From: Rhynchobatus australiae | Taxonomy: Eukaryota | Reading direction: 5' to 3' | DNA length: 63,771 nucleotides | Assembly: GCA_034780895.1 (NCBI GenBank) | Contig: JAUZTB010000063.1 | Coordinates: 26,783,628-26,847,398 of the forward strand | Part shown: positions 10,724-23,269 of the stretch, piece by piece | How positions within the stretch are numbered: the first letter of the stretch is position 1 | How the letters are laid out: every line of letters starts with the position of its first letter | Translations under genes and position numbers: made by a program | The notes under the pieces: generated by a model | Database searches by the model: none | The model's input: the letters and a program-made list of their open reading frames with translations, nothing else | What the model was told of the DNA's origin: nothing

Positions 10724-12018
10724 GTAAGTGTTTATTATGTACAGTATTATTTCAACTTGATCAACTATTTAAGCATTTGGAGATTTTTGAGTTTTGAAAA
10801 AGGTAAATTCTAATTTTATTATATTTCATGTACAAGATTCATTTCAAAAAAATTATGAAATCTAGAAACTTAGTTTTCTTTCCACTAAATAATCCAGAAT
10901 TATCAAAAGTAGTGTGATTTATTTATGGACCTCCATGTACACTGAATTAGTATTACTTTTTTAAGGTACTATTATGATTTGTTCATTGTGGATGCTTACA
11001 AGATGTGTTAATTTTAATCTGAAATTAATGTTGTTTTGTGACTGCCTAAATTCTTAGGATTGATAGTCAAAAATTAAGATTTATAAAGTAAAAGTCTTGT
11101 TGATATTCAGGGAAGATACAATATCACTAGTTACATGAAGTTCTCTTATAAGGATGCTAGAATCAAAAAATGCATTTTGGTTTTAAATTTCAGGTAAAGG
11201 TTGAATAACCATTGTTTTACATAATTATTCTTGCTAATAAGATTAACTTGTAAATTGTTCCCTTAGTAATATTACATCATTGCATGTGCTGTTCATTTTT
11301 GTATTTCAATTTACAAATTAAAATTTATTTTAAAACTTCCTTTGGGATACATGAGTCTATTGTGGGTTTCATTCTCAGCAAAGTACCAACAATTTAAAAA
11401 TGTAGCTCGCTATTCAAGGATGGTCAATGGTCAATGATAGTACTCAAGTACCTTTACAGCATGCTGTGATATCCAATACATCCACAGGTTTCTTTTAAAT
11501 AAGTATGAATAATGAAATAAAAATGATAAAGATTTTTTTTAAATGGGCAGGGGACGACAGATGTTTTGAATTAAGTTATAAATGACTATTGAGCCAGCAC
11601 TTTAGAAAAAAAGAAGCAACTGTAATGGCCTATTTCATTGAGTAAGGAAAAGGGGGATTTCTGTTTTGTCAGCTATTGTATTGTGCATCACTCAGATCTG
11701 ATGTTAACACCAAATTTACTTGTTCTTTTAAATGTTTAAAACATTTTTTTATCATAATTCTTTTCTTCTACTCTCACAATTTTCATCTGTGCACTATTTT
11801 ACCATTAAAAATCACCACTTTGATGAATCTTAGCCATACTTCTGAAGTATTTATGATGGAAATTAAGCTAATGGGTTTTTTGAAAGAGTCAAATTCATAC
11901 ACATTAGAGAAATACAGGTGTTTGGTATATAAGAAAAGGAAGCATATTTTGAACTATACCTGGAATATTAATCAAATTTTGACCCAAGTATTGATGGATT
12001 TTTATATCTTTTTGCCAG

Positions 12019-12164
12019 GATTGTTTCTGTTGGTGGAGATGGCATGTTCAGTGAGGTAATGCACGGTGTGATTGGTCGGACACAGAAGAATGCATGCATT
12101 AATCAAAATAATCCCAATGCTGAACTGGTTCCATGTGATTTGAGGATTGGAATTATCCCAGCAG
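12019..12164 (+). CDS. CERK: Ceramide kinase exon 6 (146 nt; IVSVGGDGMFSEVMHGVIGRTQKNACINQNNPNAELVPCDLRIGIIPAG)
   Basis: tttgccAG acceptor and GTGGGA donor. Contains the DAG-kinase-family GGDG ATP-binding motif and the GIIPAG motif. Confidence 0.97.
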
Positions 12165-13139
12165 GTGGGAAATATATTTCCAGTATCAAAAGCCAGTGCA
12201 AAAGATCAAAATATTCTTTTAAAATACAATGCAGAATACATAATGAATATCTATAAGTTTATAATTTTATTTCCACAGAAGAACTGTTAAATTTATATTA
12301 ATAAATTTAAACATGAAAATTTTTCCCCCGATACTTTTATCTTCCATGTATTATTATGTAATTTGAATCATAATCTAGAAAATAAGGGACTATGTTTGTA
12401 TCATATGGTTCTTCCCACTTCTGGACTAAATACCTATTCCTGCTGTGGATTTTCTTGGACTTTGCTCAGATGTTCTTTAGAGCATTGTAATGATTCTGTC
12501 AAAGGAATTTGAGCTTACATCAATAAAATACAAGAGTCTGTGAGCCCCCCAGACTAACAGAAAAGTTAATTACAGGATGATAACAAAAGTGTATGTGTCT
12601 GCAGTTTAGAAGGCTAAATGCTGACCATTTCATTTGGAAGTGATTGCAACAGCTAGCAAGATACAGCCCAAGAAAGTAAGCTAAGGTTCTGAACAGGGGA
12701 ATTATCAAACACGATTTAATAGCAATGGAATGAAATGTTGGGCCAGGTGACCAAATAGTAAGTCAAAAGATGTACCTTAAGAAGCATCGTAAAGGAGGAT
12801 AGAGAGTTAGAGAGAAGAAAATGTTTTGTGAGTGGATTGCAAAGCTCAAAGCCATCGCTGCCCAAGGTGGAGCATAAAAAATGAAGGGAAGTTTTCCCAG
12901 AGTACTGCAGGGCTGGTTGAAACATTTTAAATTTAGTTGTTGCTTTTTTAAGAGTCAATGTTAATGATTGAACAAAAAAAATATGAATTAGGACGTGAAC
13001 GAAAGAGTTTTCTAAGACCTTTGCTAACAGGTAAAATGTTGGAGACTGAGCAGGAGGACATTTTACTATGTCTTCCTCCTCCACACTCAAGCTGCTATTT
13101 GATTTCTAATAGGAGTCGCATCTTTCTCATTTTCCCTCC

Positions 13140-15370
13140 ATTTACCCTATCTAAACTAGTCATGATCTAGTTTGCAATCAAATTTCCACCACACCATTAT
13201 CAAATCTCACCTCGCCCTTCTTTGCTCCAACAGAAACAGCCCATCTTCTTCAAAATTACACTATGGCCACCATTGTAGTAAATCTTTTCTGCACCTCTTC
13301 AGGACCTTCAGGACCATTCTTCTTAAAGTAGGGTACCAGTTTCAAGTTCAGTATTGTAATGGTAGCCTAACTAGGTTCAACATTGCTTCCTTGCTTTTGT
13401 GATCTGTACCTATATTTATGAATCTCAGGATCCCATATGCTTTACTTACCATGCTTATAAAGTGCCCTGCGCATGTACTTTGGCAGGAAGAATGAAAGCA
13501 GGATCATTGGGTCCTGGATGCATATCACCATTTTAAATTTCATCTGGCTTGTTTGCTTGTTCTGCCAGCCTATCTCTGTCTTCTAATACTGTGTTCCTCA
13601 CTGCTTTCTGCACTTCATGTCATCTGTAAATTTGGAAATTCCACCCTTTACACTCTGTGTAAGTCACTAATATATATGGGAAGAAACAAACTCTGATCCC
13701 AGTATCGACTCCTGGGAAACACCATTCTGTACCATCCTCCAGTTTGAAAAACAACTGATTAATACAACTCTCCGCTTTCTGCCTTGAAGCCAATTTCCTA
13801 TCCATGCTGCTCCCAATCCCTTAATTCCAAGTGTCTCAATTTTGCTAATAAGCCTTTTGTGTAGGACGTTATCAAAAACCTTCTGAAAATTAATGTAGAT
13901 GGCAATTATCACATTCCTCTCATCTGTTAACTGTTATACTCTCTGAAAATTTAGTCAGATTAGTCAAACGTGGATTTGTCATTAAAAAAAATCAATCCTA
14001 GCGCTCTTTTATTAGCTCAGACTTCAAATCCTTACTCATTTGTTCCCTGATTATCGTTTCTAATAACTTCCTCACATTTGCGATTAAACAGACCTATAGG
14101 CACATTCTTTCACCTCTTTTTTTGAACATGGTTGCCATTTTCCATCCCTCTGATAACTCTGCTGGGAAAGATAATTATGGCTTGTTCCTCTTCCACTCAC
14201 GCCTTCCTCAGCAACCTAGATGCATCGAACCTGACTAGGTGACCTGTTTACTGAAAACATTGCCAGCCAATGCTATTCCTCCCCCTCCTCAATTTTCACC
14301 CCATCCATTATCTCTATCACCTTCCTTCCACTGAGATTTTCGCAAAATTCTCTGCCTTAAGAACTCATTGAAAACTCTAACTATGCCTCTGCCTCTATGC
14401 ATAGATCACATTTTTTAAATCCCTAATCAGCCTCAAACCTCACCTCTCTTTCTACTCTTTTTTTTCCTCCTTACCTTTGACCCATCCCTTAGTGGATCTG
14501 CTCTTCCTCCTCCCCCCCCCCCCCGCACCTGCCTATCACTATCTCTTACCTGCATCTACCTATCACCACCTTGTGCCTACCCCACCTCCCCACTTTGGTC
14601 CACCTATCACTGCTCTGCTTTTCCCTCCTATATATTGGGCTTCCCCTTTTCCTTTCTTCAGTCCTGAGAAGGGTCCTGACCCAGAACGTTGACCACCTGC
14701 TTTTCTCCATGGATGCTGCATAGTTTGCTGAGTTTCTCCAGCATCATCGTGTTTTTCATCAAGCCTTTTCTTAATGCCCACTTGTATTGACTTGCCTATT
14801 GTAGACCTTTATTGATTCTTGTTTATGTTAACTTTAATTCTCTCTCTGCTTGTCCCAGTTTCTCTTTTCAGTTTCCACTCTCGGCTTACAATGTTCAGCC
14901 TGGATCTCACTGGAGTTATTCACCTGATCAAACACTTTTTTTAATCTGATATCTACTCGNNNNNNNNNNNNNNNNNNNNNNNNNNNNNNNNNNNNNNNNN
15001 NNNNNNNNNNNNNNNNNNNNNNNNNNNNNNNNNNNNNNNNNNNNNNNNNNNNNNNNNNNNNNNNNNNNNNNNNNNNNNNNNNNNNNNNNNNNNNNNNNNN
15101 NNNNNNNNNNNNNNNNNNNNNNNNNNNNNNNNNNNNNNNNNNNNNNNNNNNNNNNNNNNNNNNNNNNNNNNNNNNNNNNNNNNNNNNNNNNNNNNNNNNG
15201 ATCTGATGGTTGCTATTCCCTGAGTGTTTTTCCACTGATTCTTGGTCCATTTCACCCACCTCCTTTCCCGGAACCAGATCCAGCAATACTTTCTTCCTCA
15301 TTGGCATGAACCATGCTGATCAAGGAAGTTGTCTTGAACATACTTTAGATTTTCCTCCCTTCTTTACCTA
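13140..15370 (-). mobile_element. Decayed CR1 LINE (RT and endonuclease remnants), interrupted by a Penelope-like end and a gap
   Basis: ORF 13667-13912 gives INFQKVFDNVLHKRLISKI...WLQGRKRRV...NGVSQESILG (CR1 RT). ORF 14834-15307 gives LLDLV...GNSNH (APE C-terminus). Confidence 0.8.
14465..14760 (+). mobile_element. Penelope-like terminal repeat with a degenerate hammerhead at 14659-14694
   Basis: C-rich tract, then cagtc-CTGA-GA-agggtcctgaccc-AGAA-cgTTgacc, then gatgctgc...tgctgagtttctccagca. Confidence 0.7.
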
Positions 15371-15551
15371 AATTGAAGTACATCAGTCTTTTCCTTTTTC
15401 AATTACTTTACCTTCTGGTTTAAGTCAAACAGCAGCATCTTCTCACTTTGACAAAAATCATGAGTTTAAAAACTGTTCTGTGTTATCATAATCATGACAG
15501 CAAAATAAAAGTAATGGCAAATTATACTGTGAGACGTATTGTCTGTTCCAG

Positions 15552-15626
15552 GTTCAACAGACTGCATATGCTATGCAACAGTTGGAACAAATGATCCAGT
15601 GACTTCTGCCTTACACATCATTGTGG
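15552..15626 (+). CDS. CERK: Ceramide kinase exon 7 (75 nt; STDCICYATVGTNDPVTSALHIIVG)
   Basis: gttccAG acceptor and GTTGGT donor. Completes the CERK GSTD motif. In frame with its neighbours. Confidence 0.97.
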
Positions 15627-15924
15627 GTTGGTATCTTGATTATTAGATGTAGTCTGAAATGCAAAGAGCCAGAAAACATTAATCAGCTTTTGAAAAGCAT
15701 TGTGAGTTTCCTGAAAATGACTTTGGTTCCCAGGCTTACTTGGGACAATGAATGCTAGTTGTTTTGGATTTTCCTGCTTTGGGGATTTAAGGGTCTGTCT
15801 CATCTTCTCTCTGAGTTATTATAAAGGCTGGCAATAAACATGTTATTACTGCACCATTAATTCCTTTAAATATATTAATTAGATGGAACAATGTAAGTTT
15901 AAGCAATAATATCTCTTAAAATGA

Positions 15925-18480
15925 CATTGTTGAACTTAAAGAACATTACAGCACAGTACAGGCCCTTCAGCCATTATGTTGTGCTGATCTTTTAACCTAC
16001 TTTGAGATCAATCTAACTGTTCCCTCCCACATACCCCTCCATTTTTCTATCATCCATGTGCCTATCTAAGTGTCTCTTAAATCTCCCTAATATATCTGCC
16101 TCTACCAGCACCCCGGCAGTGTGTTCCACACACCCACCACTCTCTATGTAAAAAAAAATTACCTCTGATATCACCCCAAACTTTCCTCCAATCACCTTAA
16201 AATTATGCCCGCTCGTGTTAGCCATTTCAGCCCTGGGAAAAAGTCTCTGGCTGTCCACTCAATCTATGCCCCTTATCATCTTGTACACCTCTATCAGGTC
16301 ACCTCTCATCCTTCGCTCCAAAGAGAAAAGCCCGAGTTCACTCAACCTATCCTCATAAGACATGCTCTCCAATCCAGGTAGTATCCTGGTAAATCTCCTC
16401 TACACCCTTTGTGAAGCTTCCACATCCTTCCTATAGTGAGGCACCCAGAACTGAACACAATATTCTAAGTGTGGTCGAACCAGGTTTTACCTGGTGGCTC
16501 TTGAACTCAATACCCTGACTATTGAAGTACAACTGCTTCTAAATTCCTGCCTAATAGCATTATAGTTCCCCCTCCCCTAGTTAAATACTTTCTCATACCG
16601 TCTGCTCGTATCCCTCTCCAAGGCAAGGGTGAAGGTCAGAGTTGTGGTCACTGTCTCCGAAATGCTCACCCACGAGAGATCGGACACCTGACCAGGTTCA
16701 TTGCCCAGTACCAGATTCAGAATGGCCTCTCCCCAAGTCGGCCTGTCTTCATATTGTGTCAGGAATCCTTCCTGGACAGACCTAACAAATTCCATCCCAT
16801 TGAAACCTTTTGCACTAAGGAGGAGCTAATCAATATTAGGGAAGTTGAAATCACCCATGACAACAGCCCTGTTTATTTTGCATCTTTCCAAAACCTGCCT
16901 CCTGATCTGTTCCTCAGTCTCTGTTGCTATTGCAGTGGGGGGGGGGGGTCTGTAGAATACTCCAAGTGGAGTAATTGTTCCCTTCCTGTTTCTGACCTCC
17001 ACCCACACTGACTCAGTAGACAATCCCTACAGGATATCTTCCCTTTCTGCAGATGTGACACTGTCCCTGATTAGCAACACCACTCCCCCACCTCTTTTAC
17101 CTCCCTCCCTGTCCCTTTTGAAACATCTAAACCACGGATAATCCAGCAGTCATTCCTGCCATTGTGACAGCCAAGTCTCTGTCATGGCAACAATATAGTC
17201 GTTCCATGTTCTAAGTTTGTCACCCTTGTTCCTGATACTTCTTGCATTAAAATAGACACATTTCAACCCATCCAACTGACTGCAATTATGCCCAATAAAA
17301 TGCCTATCCTTCCTCACAATCTCCCTTCACGCTGCATCAACCCATACACCAACTGCCCCATCCTCTGACCTATCACTCAGGTTCCCATCCCCCTGCCAAA
17401 CTAGTTTAAACTCTACACAATAGCTCTAGCAAACCTGCCTGCAAGGATATTGGTCCCCCTGCAGTTCAGGTGTAACACATCACTTTTGTACAGGTTGTAC
17501 CTTCCCCAGAAGAGATCCCAATGATTTACAAATCTGAAGCCCTGCCCCCTGCACCAATTTCTCAGCCACACATTCATCCACCAAATCAACTTGGTCTTAC
17601 CCTCACTGGCACGTAGCACAGGCAGCAATCCAGAGATTACTACCCTTGAGATCCTGCTTTTCAGCTTCCTACCTAGTTCCCAATATTCACTTTCCAGGAC
17701 CTCATCCTTTTTCCTACCAACATCGTTGGTACCAATGTGTACCATGACTTCTGACTGCTCCCCCTCCCCCTTTAGAACGCTGTGGACCCAATCTGAGATG
17801 TCCCTGACCCTGGCACCTGGGAGGCAACATTCCATCTGGGAGTCTCTTTCACGTCCACAGAATCTCTTGTCTGGTCCCCTAACTATAGAGTCCCCTATCA
17901 CTATTGCTCTCCATTTCTCCCCTCTTCTCAGCCATAGAGCCAGGCTCAGTGCCAGTGACCTGACCGCTGTGGCTTTCCCCTGGTAGGTCGTCGCCCCCCA
18001 ACAGTATCCAAAGTGGTANNNNNNNNNNNNNNNNNNNNNNNNNNNNNNNNNNNNNNNNNNNNNNNNNNNNNNNNNNNNNNNNNNNNNNNNNNNNNNNNNN
18101 NNNNNNNNNNNNNNNNNNNNNNNNNNNNNNNNNNNNNNNNNNNNNNNNNNNNNNNNNNNNNNNNNNNNNNNNNNNNNNNNNNNNNNNNNNNNNNNNNNNN
18201 NNNNNNNNNNNNNNNNNNNNNNNNNNNNNNNNNNNNNNNNNNNNNNNNNNNNNNNNNNNNNNNNNNNNNNNNNNNNNNNNNNNNNNNNNNNNNNNNNNNN
18301 NNNNNNNNNNNNNNNNNNNNNNNNNNNNNNNNNNNNNNNNNNNNNNNNNNNNNNNNNNNNNNNNNNNNNNNNNNNNNNNNNNNNNNNNNCCAGGTCACAG
18401 CCCTCCATATCTGGAAAAGAACTGGGTCCCGACACTCGCTTTATGTCTCCCACTTCTTGCTCCAAGTCACGGCCCTCGCT
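15925..18480 (-). mobile_element. CR1 (HER1-like) LINE with SGNH-esterase ORF1, APE endonuclease and 3' end, but RT domain absent
   Basis: ORF1 17413-18465: IVIGDSIVRG, CLPGARVRDI, VHIGTND, DVLHLN. Endonuclease: GVFYRPP, VVMGDFNFPNID. Abrupt junction near 16527 to the C-terminal KTLVRPHLEYCVQFW-type region. Confidence 0.88.
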
Positions 18481-18764
18481 ATCCTGATCTTCTAAATGTA
18501 TTTATAACACTTGTTAATCAGATTATAAAAAATGAAAAAGCTGCAATTTATAACTTTGTGAGCAGTTGAGCTCTTGATAATTGCTCCAGGTTGCATCCCA
18601 ATAGTTATTAAAAACTATAAAAATTGTCCACCATATCTTTCTCTTCATAGAAAAGGGAGAGCGAGTAATTTCTTATCAGTGCCTTCAAACCTGGAGTTCA
18701 AAATTTACAAGTTGTTGCCAAACTCTGAACTTTTGCTATCAGGTTGATCTTTATTTCTTAAATA

Positions 18765-19105
18765 TTATAACACAGAGGGAGGCTATTCCACCCATCGGGA
18801 GAAAGCCGGCTTCCAACAGAGCAATATCATTGGTCCTCTTTCCCCACTACTTATTTAACTGTATCCCTGCTGCAGTAAAATTAGTAGTAGGGGAATGATA
18901 CTAATGCCTATCAATTCGCCTTTTACACTAAGGGGTAATTTACAGAAGCCCATTAAACTGCCATCCCACCTCTGGAAGGAAAGTGGGGCACCCAGCAGAA
19001 ATCCATGTGCTCTCAGGGACAATGCACAAACCCCACAGACAGCACTCGAGATCAGGATTGAACTCAGGACCCTGGAGGTGCGAGACCTCAACACTAGCCA
19101 CTGTG
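18765..19105 (-). mobile_element. V-SINE (HE1-like) with CR1-type tail
   Basis: tRNA box-B-like gagttcaatcc on the minus strand (~19055-19065) plus V core. Confidence 0.7.
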
Positions 19106-20756
19106 TTTATTTCTCTGATCCTACCATCGCAATTTCCAATTGACCTCAATATTCCTGGTATTCCCATGTATGTATGCTGTATTTCTTCCAAAGGAAATAT
19201 GTCTAACACTAAATGTGAGATCAGATACATGTTAAGTTATCCCATGTTGCTTCAAAGTCGGTGAGCTGGAACTTCAACAGGTTCAACATCTTCTGCGATG
19301 GTTTCTCCCACTCATCAAAACCTTAACTCTTATTTCAACAGCTCCTCCCCATTTTAACAATTTTGTATGCCTTCTGCAAACTTGAATATTCAACTTTCTG
19401 TTCCTTTACCAAAGTCATTAAGTCTTTTCACACAAAGTGCAATTGGTATCTGGACTGAGCTGCTAGAGGAGGTGGTGGAGGAAGGAACAGTTAAAAACAT
19501 CAATGAGGCATCTGGATAAGTCTTTGAATGACCAGGGCATAGAGGGATATAGAATCAATGCAGACAAGTGGGATTAATATAGATAGGCATGATGATCGGC
19601 ATAGATGGAGTGTGCCATATTGCCTTTTTCTACGGGATACTACTCAGTGACTCTGTGCTGAAAAGTGAAATGCCTGGATAAATCTTTGGGGAAATTGCCA
19701 ACAATTTGATAATATTAATTTTGTCAGTACTGTTTCTCCTACCAAATAACAGCCAATATCATGTTTGCTCCAAATACCATGCACTTTTGCTTTTCATAAT
19801 GCAGAACCTAATCAAATATCTTCTTAATTATATGTTCACATAGGCAACATTCATTGATATTTCCCAATATATTGTGACAGTACCCACATCATGGAAAGGA
19901 AGTTAATTAATTAAGTCAGCTGTTGCCTCACCTCCCCACCAAGCCCTGGAGAGTTGCCTCTTAAGACCCATTATTTTCTCTTTACTATTTTCTTGCATGT
20001 ATTTAATTCATGTGGTTCCTTTCCTTGAATAACTTTAATTTTTTTTCCTGTGCTAATTTTATTTCATCATTGTCCACTGTGATTAATTAATTATTCATTA
20101 TTGTATCACTGGCACTTGTCTTTAGTAGAATGTCATGCTCCATTATCACTCTTGTTCTCAGTTAAATCTTTGGCTATTGGATCTGCATTTTTATTTCGTA
20201 CTTTATATTTCTTATTTCTCTTTTGTATACTGTTGTCGCTTTTATAGCTTTAACAATGTGTTGGATTTCCATTATATTTAATGGGGCCTTTTGTTTTACT
20301 AAGTTTGATACATTTTTAAACTAGTTAATTGACCACAGGTTGCTTAACTACACAAGTAGAAGATTTTTCTTTAGGGGTCGGTTTTTCTACTGTATCTTAT
20401 ACTTTGTTTACTTCTTTTTGGATTTGCCAATGAATAGTTCAGTAAATTGCAAATTTGGCCATTTTGCAGTAAAGTCTCTGAAGGTGCCCATCTCATTCTT
20501 CTAGCTGATTTTGTGATTCTTGGTGGTGNNNNNNNNNNNNNNNNNNNNNNNNNNNNNNNNNNNACCCCCACTTTTCACTTGTATTTAATATTTCCAATCT
20601 TTTATAAAGTTGTTACATTTTTTATTCAATTTTCTGATTTATTCCCATGTGAAACTATAATAATGATAAATACAACAAAATTTAACAATATATGTTCTCC
20701 CTAGAAAGCTTTCTTTTACATTTGACGTAATTGTTGCATTTTATGTTTTTTTGTAG

Positions 20757-20909
20757 GTGACTCGCAGCCCATTGATGTCAGTTCAGTTCATCATAAAAAC
20801 GTGTTTTTGAAATATTCAGTATCTCTATTAGGATATGGATTTTATGGTGATACAGTGTCGGACAGTGAAAAGAACCGTTGGATGGGTCCTTCGCGATATG
20901 ATTTCTCAG
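20757..20909 (+). CDS. CERK: Ceramide kinase exon 8 (153 nt; DSQPIDVSSVHHKNVFLKYSVSLLGYGFYGDTVSDSEKNRWMGPSRYDFSG)
   Basis: tttttgtAG acceptor and GTAATC donor. LGYGFYGD...SEKxRWxGxxRY motif of ceramide/sphingosine kinases. Confidence 0.97.
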
Positions 20910-21179
20910 GTAATCTCTATTATTTACATTCGATATGACAGTTTATTCTTGCTCAGGTTGCCAGGTTGTTTTAGTTGTAACATTGTGCACCTCTGAACGA
21001 ATTGTCAAATTGTATCTTTTTCATTTTCTTCAGTTCCATTAGTGACTGAAGGTGGCTTTTGTCCAGTTTTCTGCTTCCAAAAGTGTCTACTCTTTCTGCT
21101 AAATATATTTATGGCTTATTAATGTCAAGGATATATTCTCAGTCATTGCTTAAGTACATTTGCTGTTGAAGCTCTCTGT

Positions 21180-21541
21180 TCTTTTGTAACCTCTGGACTC
21201 AACTATCACAAAGCCCTCCAGGCTGCCCACTTATCTTTCACATTCTATAAATATGAGTCCATACAAAACTTTTGTGTCTGTATCCTCTCATGAAATCCCA
21301 TTCATCTATACTTGCTGGACCTACATTAATTCTTGTGTGGAAAATTATTATTTTAAAAATTCTCACCCTTGTTTTCATATTGCTCCATGGTCTCGTCCTT
21401 CTTCATTTCTGTAACGTGCTCCATCCCTTAATCTTTGCCTGAACTCTGCCCTCCTCCATCTCTTGCCTTTTGCACTATGCTGATTCTCTTTACCACGATT
21501 ATTGGCTGTACCTTCAGCTGCCTGGATCCTAAACTCTGGAT
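21180..21541 (+). mobile_element. L2-like LINE 3' fragment
   Basis: ttttaaaaattctcacccttgttttc...ccttcagctgcctggatcctaaactctgga, the decayed FKIL...AFS...PKLW end typical of L2. Confidence 0.55.
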
Positions 21542-21766
21542 NNNNNNNNNNNNNNNNNNNNNNNNNNNNNNNNNNNNNNNNNNNNNNNNNNNNNNNNNNN
21601 NNNNNNNNNNNNNNNNNNNNNNNNNNNNNNNNNNNNNNNNNNNNNNNNNNNNNNNNNNNNNNNNNNNAAAGTGGAACTTAACATTTCCATTCACCATCAA
21701 TTTATGACTCAACACCTATTGACCCAAAACCCAAGCTAAAACTGTTTAACTTATTTTGCCACGTAG

Positions 21767-21872
21767 GTGTTAAGGCCTTTCTAACTCACCAGTGCTATGA
21801 AGGAGTAATTTCTTATTTACCAGCGACTGAAACACTTGGCAGTCCAAGAGATCAGAGACCATGTACAGCTGG
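21767..21872 (+). CDS. CERK: Ceramide kinase exon 9 (106 nt; VKAFLTHQCYEGVISYLPATETLGSPRDQRPCTAG)
   Basis: acgtAG acceptor and GTAAGT donor. Has GSPRD and the first Cys of the CxxxCxxC motif. Confidence 0.96.
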
Positions 21873-22317
21873 GTAAGTAGTCTTGTATTCCACTTTTTGC
21901 CATTCTGTTCCTCGCCAATAGTCATGTATCTTGTACATTTTTTTGATTGATTTTCTTTACTGAGATTCCATCAATGAATTAGTTTCTGCCAACTCACAAA
22001 CCTGTCCGAATGTTAGACAGTTGAGAAGATAATTAAATTTTAATTAAAGCAATTAAAAAATACAACTTACTGACTTTAGATATTTTAAAATAATTACTTT
22101 ATTAAACAAAAGGTGAAATCTGAACATTAGTTCAGTGCTTCTCAACAATATGTGCTTTTCTAAAGTTAGTGATGGCCTAATCAAAGGCAAACAAATGACA
22201 CTAGCCAGCTGTCATGTTTACATTTACCATGTGACTTACGGTTGTTAGAGAGTCAAAGCAGTAGCTGGCCTCTTGAGGGGGTCTGGGATCTGTGAATGGA
22301 GCAAACAATTGTCTCGC

Positions 22318-22418
22318 AAAAAACAAGCTGCTGGAGGAACTCAGCAGGTCGGGCAGCATCTGTGGAGGCAAAGGGATAGTTGATGTTTTGGGTTGAAATC
22401 CTGCATCAGGACTGATTG
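22318..22418 (-). mobile_element. Penelope-like terminal repeat with CpG-decayed hammerhead at 22378-22414
   Basis: Minus strand: cagtc-CTGATGC-aggatttcaaccc-AAAA-caTCaact...gatgctgcccgacctgctgagttcctccagc. Confidence 0.7.
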
Positions 22419-22987
22419 TGAGAACAATTGTGTATCTCTAACAGNNNNNNNNNNNNNNNNNNNNNNNNNNNNNNNNNNNNNNNNNNNNNNNNNNNNNNNN
22501 NNNNNNNNNNNNNNNNNNNNNNNNNNNNNNNNAGACAAGATGAAATGTGATTGAAAAATATGAAACAAAGAAAAGAATATTAAAATTGAATCACGAACAA
22601 TAATTAGAACCAGAGGCATGATAAGTAATTGTTTAGTACCAGTGAGGTTGTTTGGAAGTAGTTAAGACATAATGTACTTAAGTGGAAAGTAATTTTGATG
22701 TGTTCAAGGAGTAAGTAGCACATCTTCGCACCTATGTGTATTTGAATATCAGGTCTCTCAACGAGACACCAATGTAATGAAGCATATTGTGAAACCAGGC
22801 CATTTGGACATTAATTTTCTGATTTACAATTGCTGCCAGATTTACATCCTAATATCAACGAGTACTGATAGAAATGCATAATGAGACTATTACAAACTGC
22901 AGAGCCAGGTTGCTCCAATGTGTGTTCTTGCATGCCTGGTATGTGAAAACATAATACTGACCTTAATATTGGATGCTTTTCTTTTAG

Positions 22988-23064
22988 ATGTCATATCTGT
23001 CAGCACAGTGGAGAGGAATTGAAGGCATCACAAAAAGAAAGGGAATTCAAATTTCTTAATAGTG
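22988..23064 (+). CDS. CERK: Ceramide kinase exon 10 (77 nt; CHICQHSGEELKASQKEREFKFLNS)
   Basis: tttcttttAG acceptor and GTAAGA donor. Completes CxxxCxxC (CTAGCHIC). Phase 2 to phase 1 fits exons 9 and 11. Confidence 0.93.
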
Positions 23065-23269
23065 GTAAGATTAAAAACATTTCTGGTTACATGAAGTATC
23101 TAACAGACTTATCCATATACTCAAAAGTCTTGTTTCCAGTACACATGATGCATGGAAAAATTATCTATGATGGTTGATATTGTCAAATTGTGATGAGTCC
23201 ACAGACTTTTTGGAAGTGCCATATAGAATCAATTTATCTTTGTTCTTTTTCTGCCTATATAAATCCACA

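Noticed and set aside
10311-10797. Long ORFs spanning N runs (also ~29.5 kb, 42.4 kb, 56.5 kb, 57.5 kb)
   Set aside because: Their length is an artefact of N codons.
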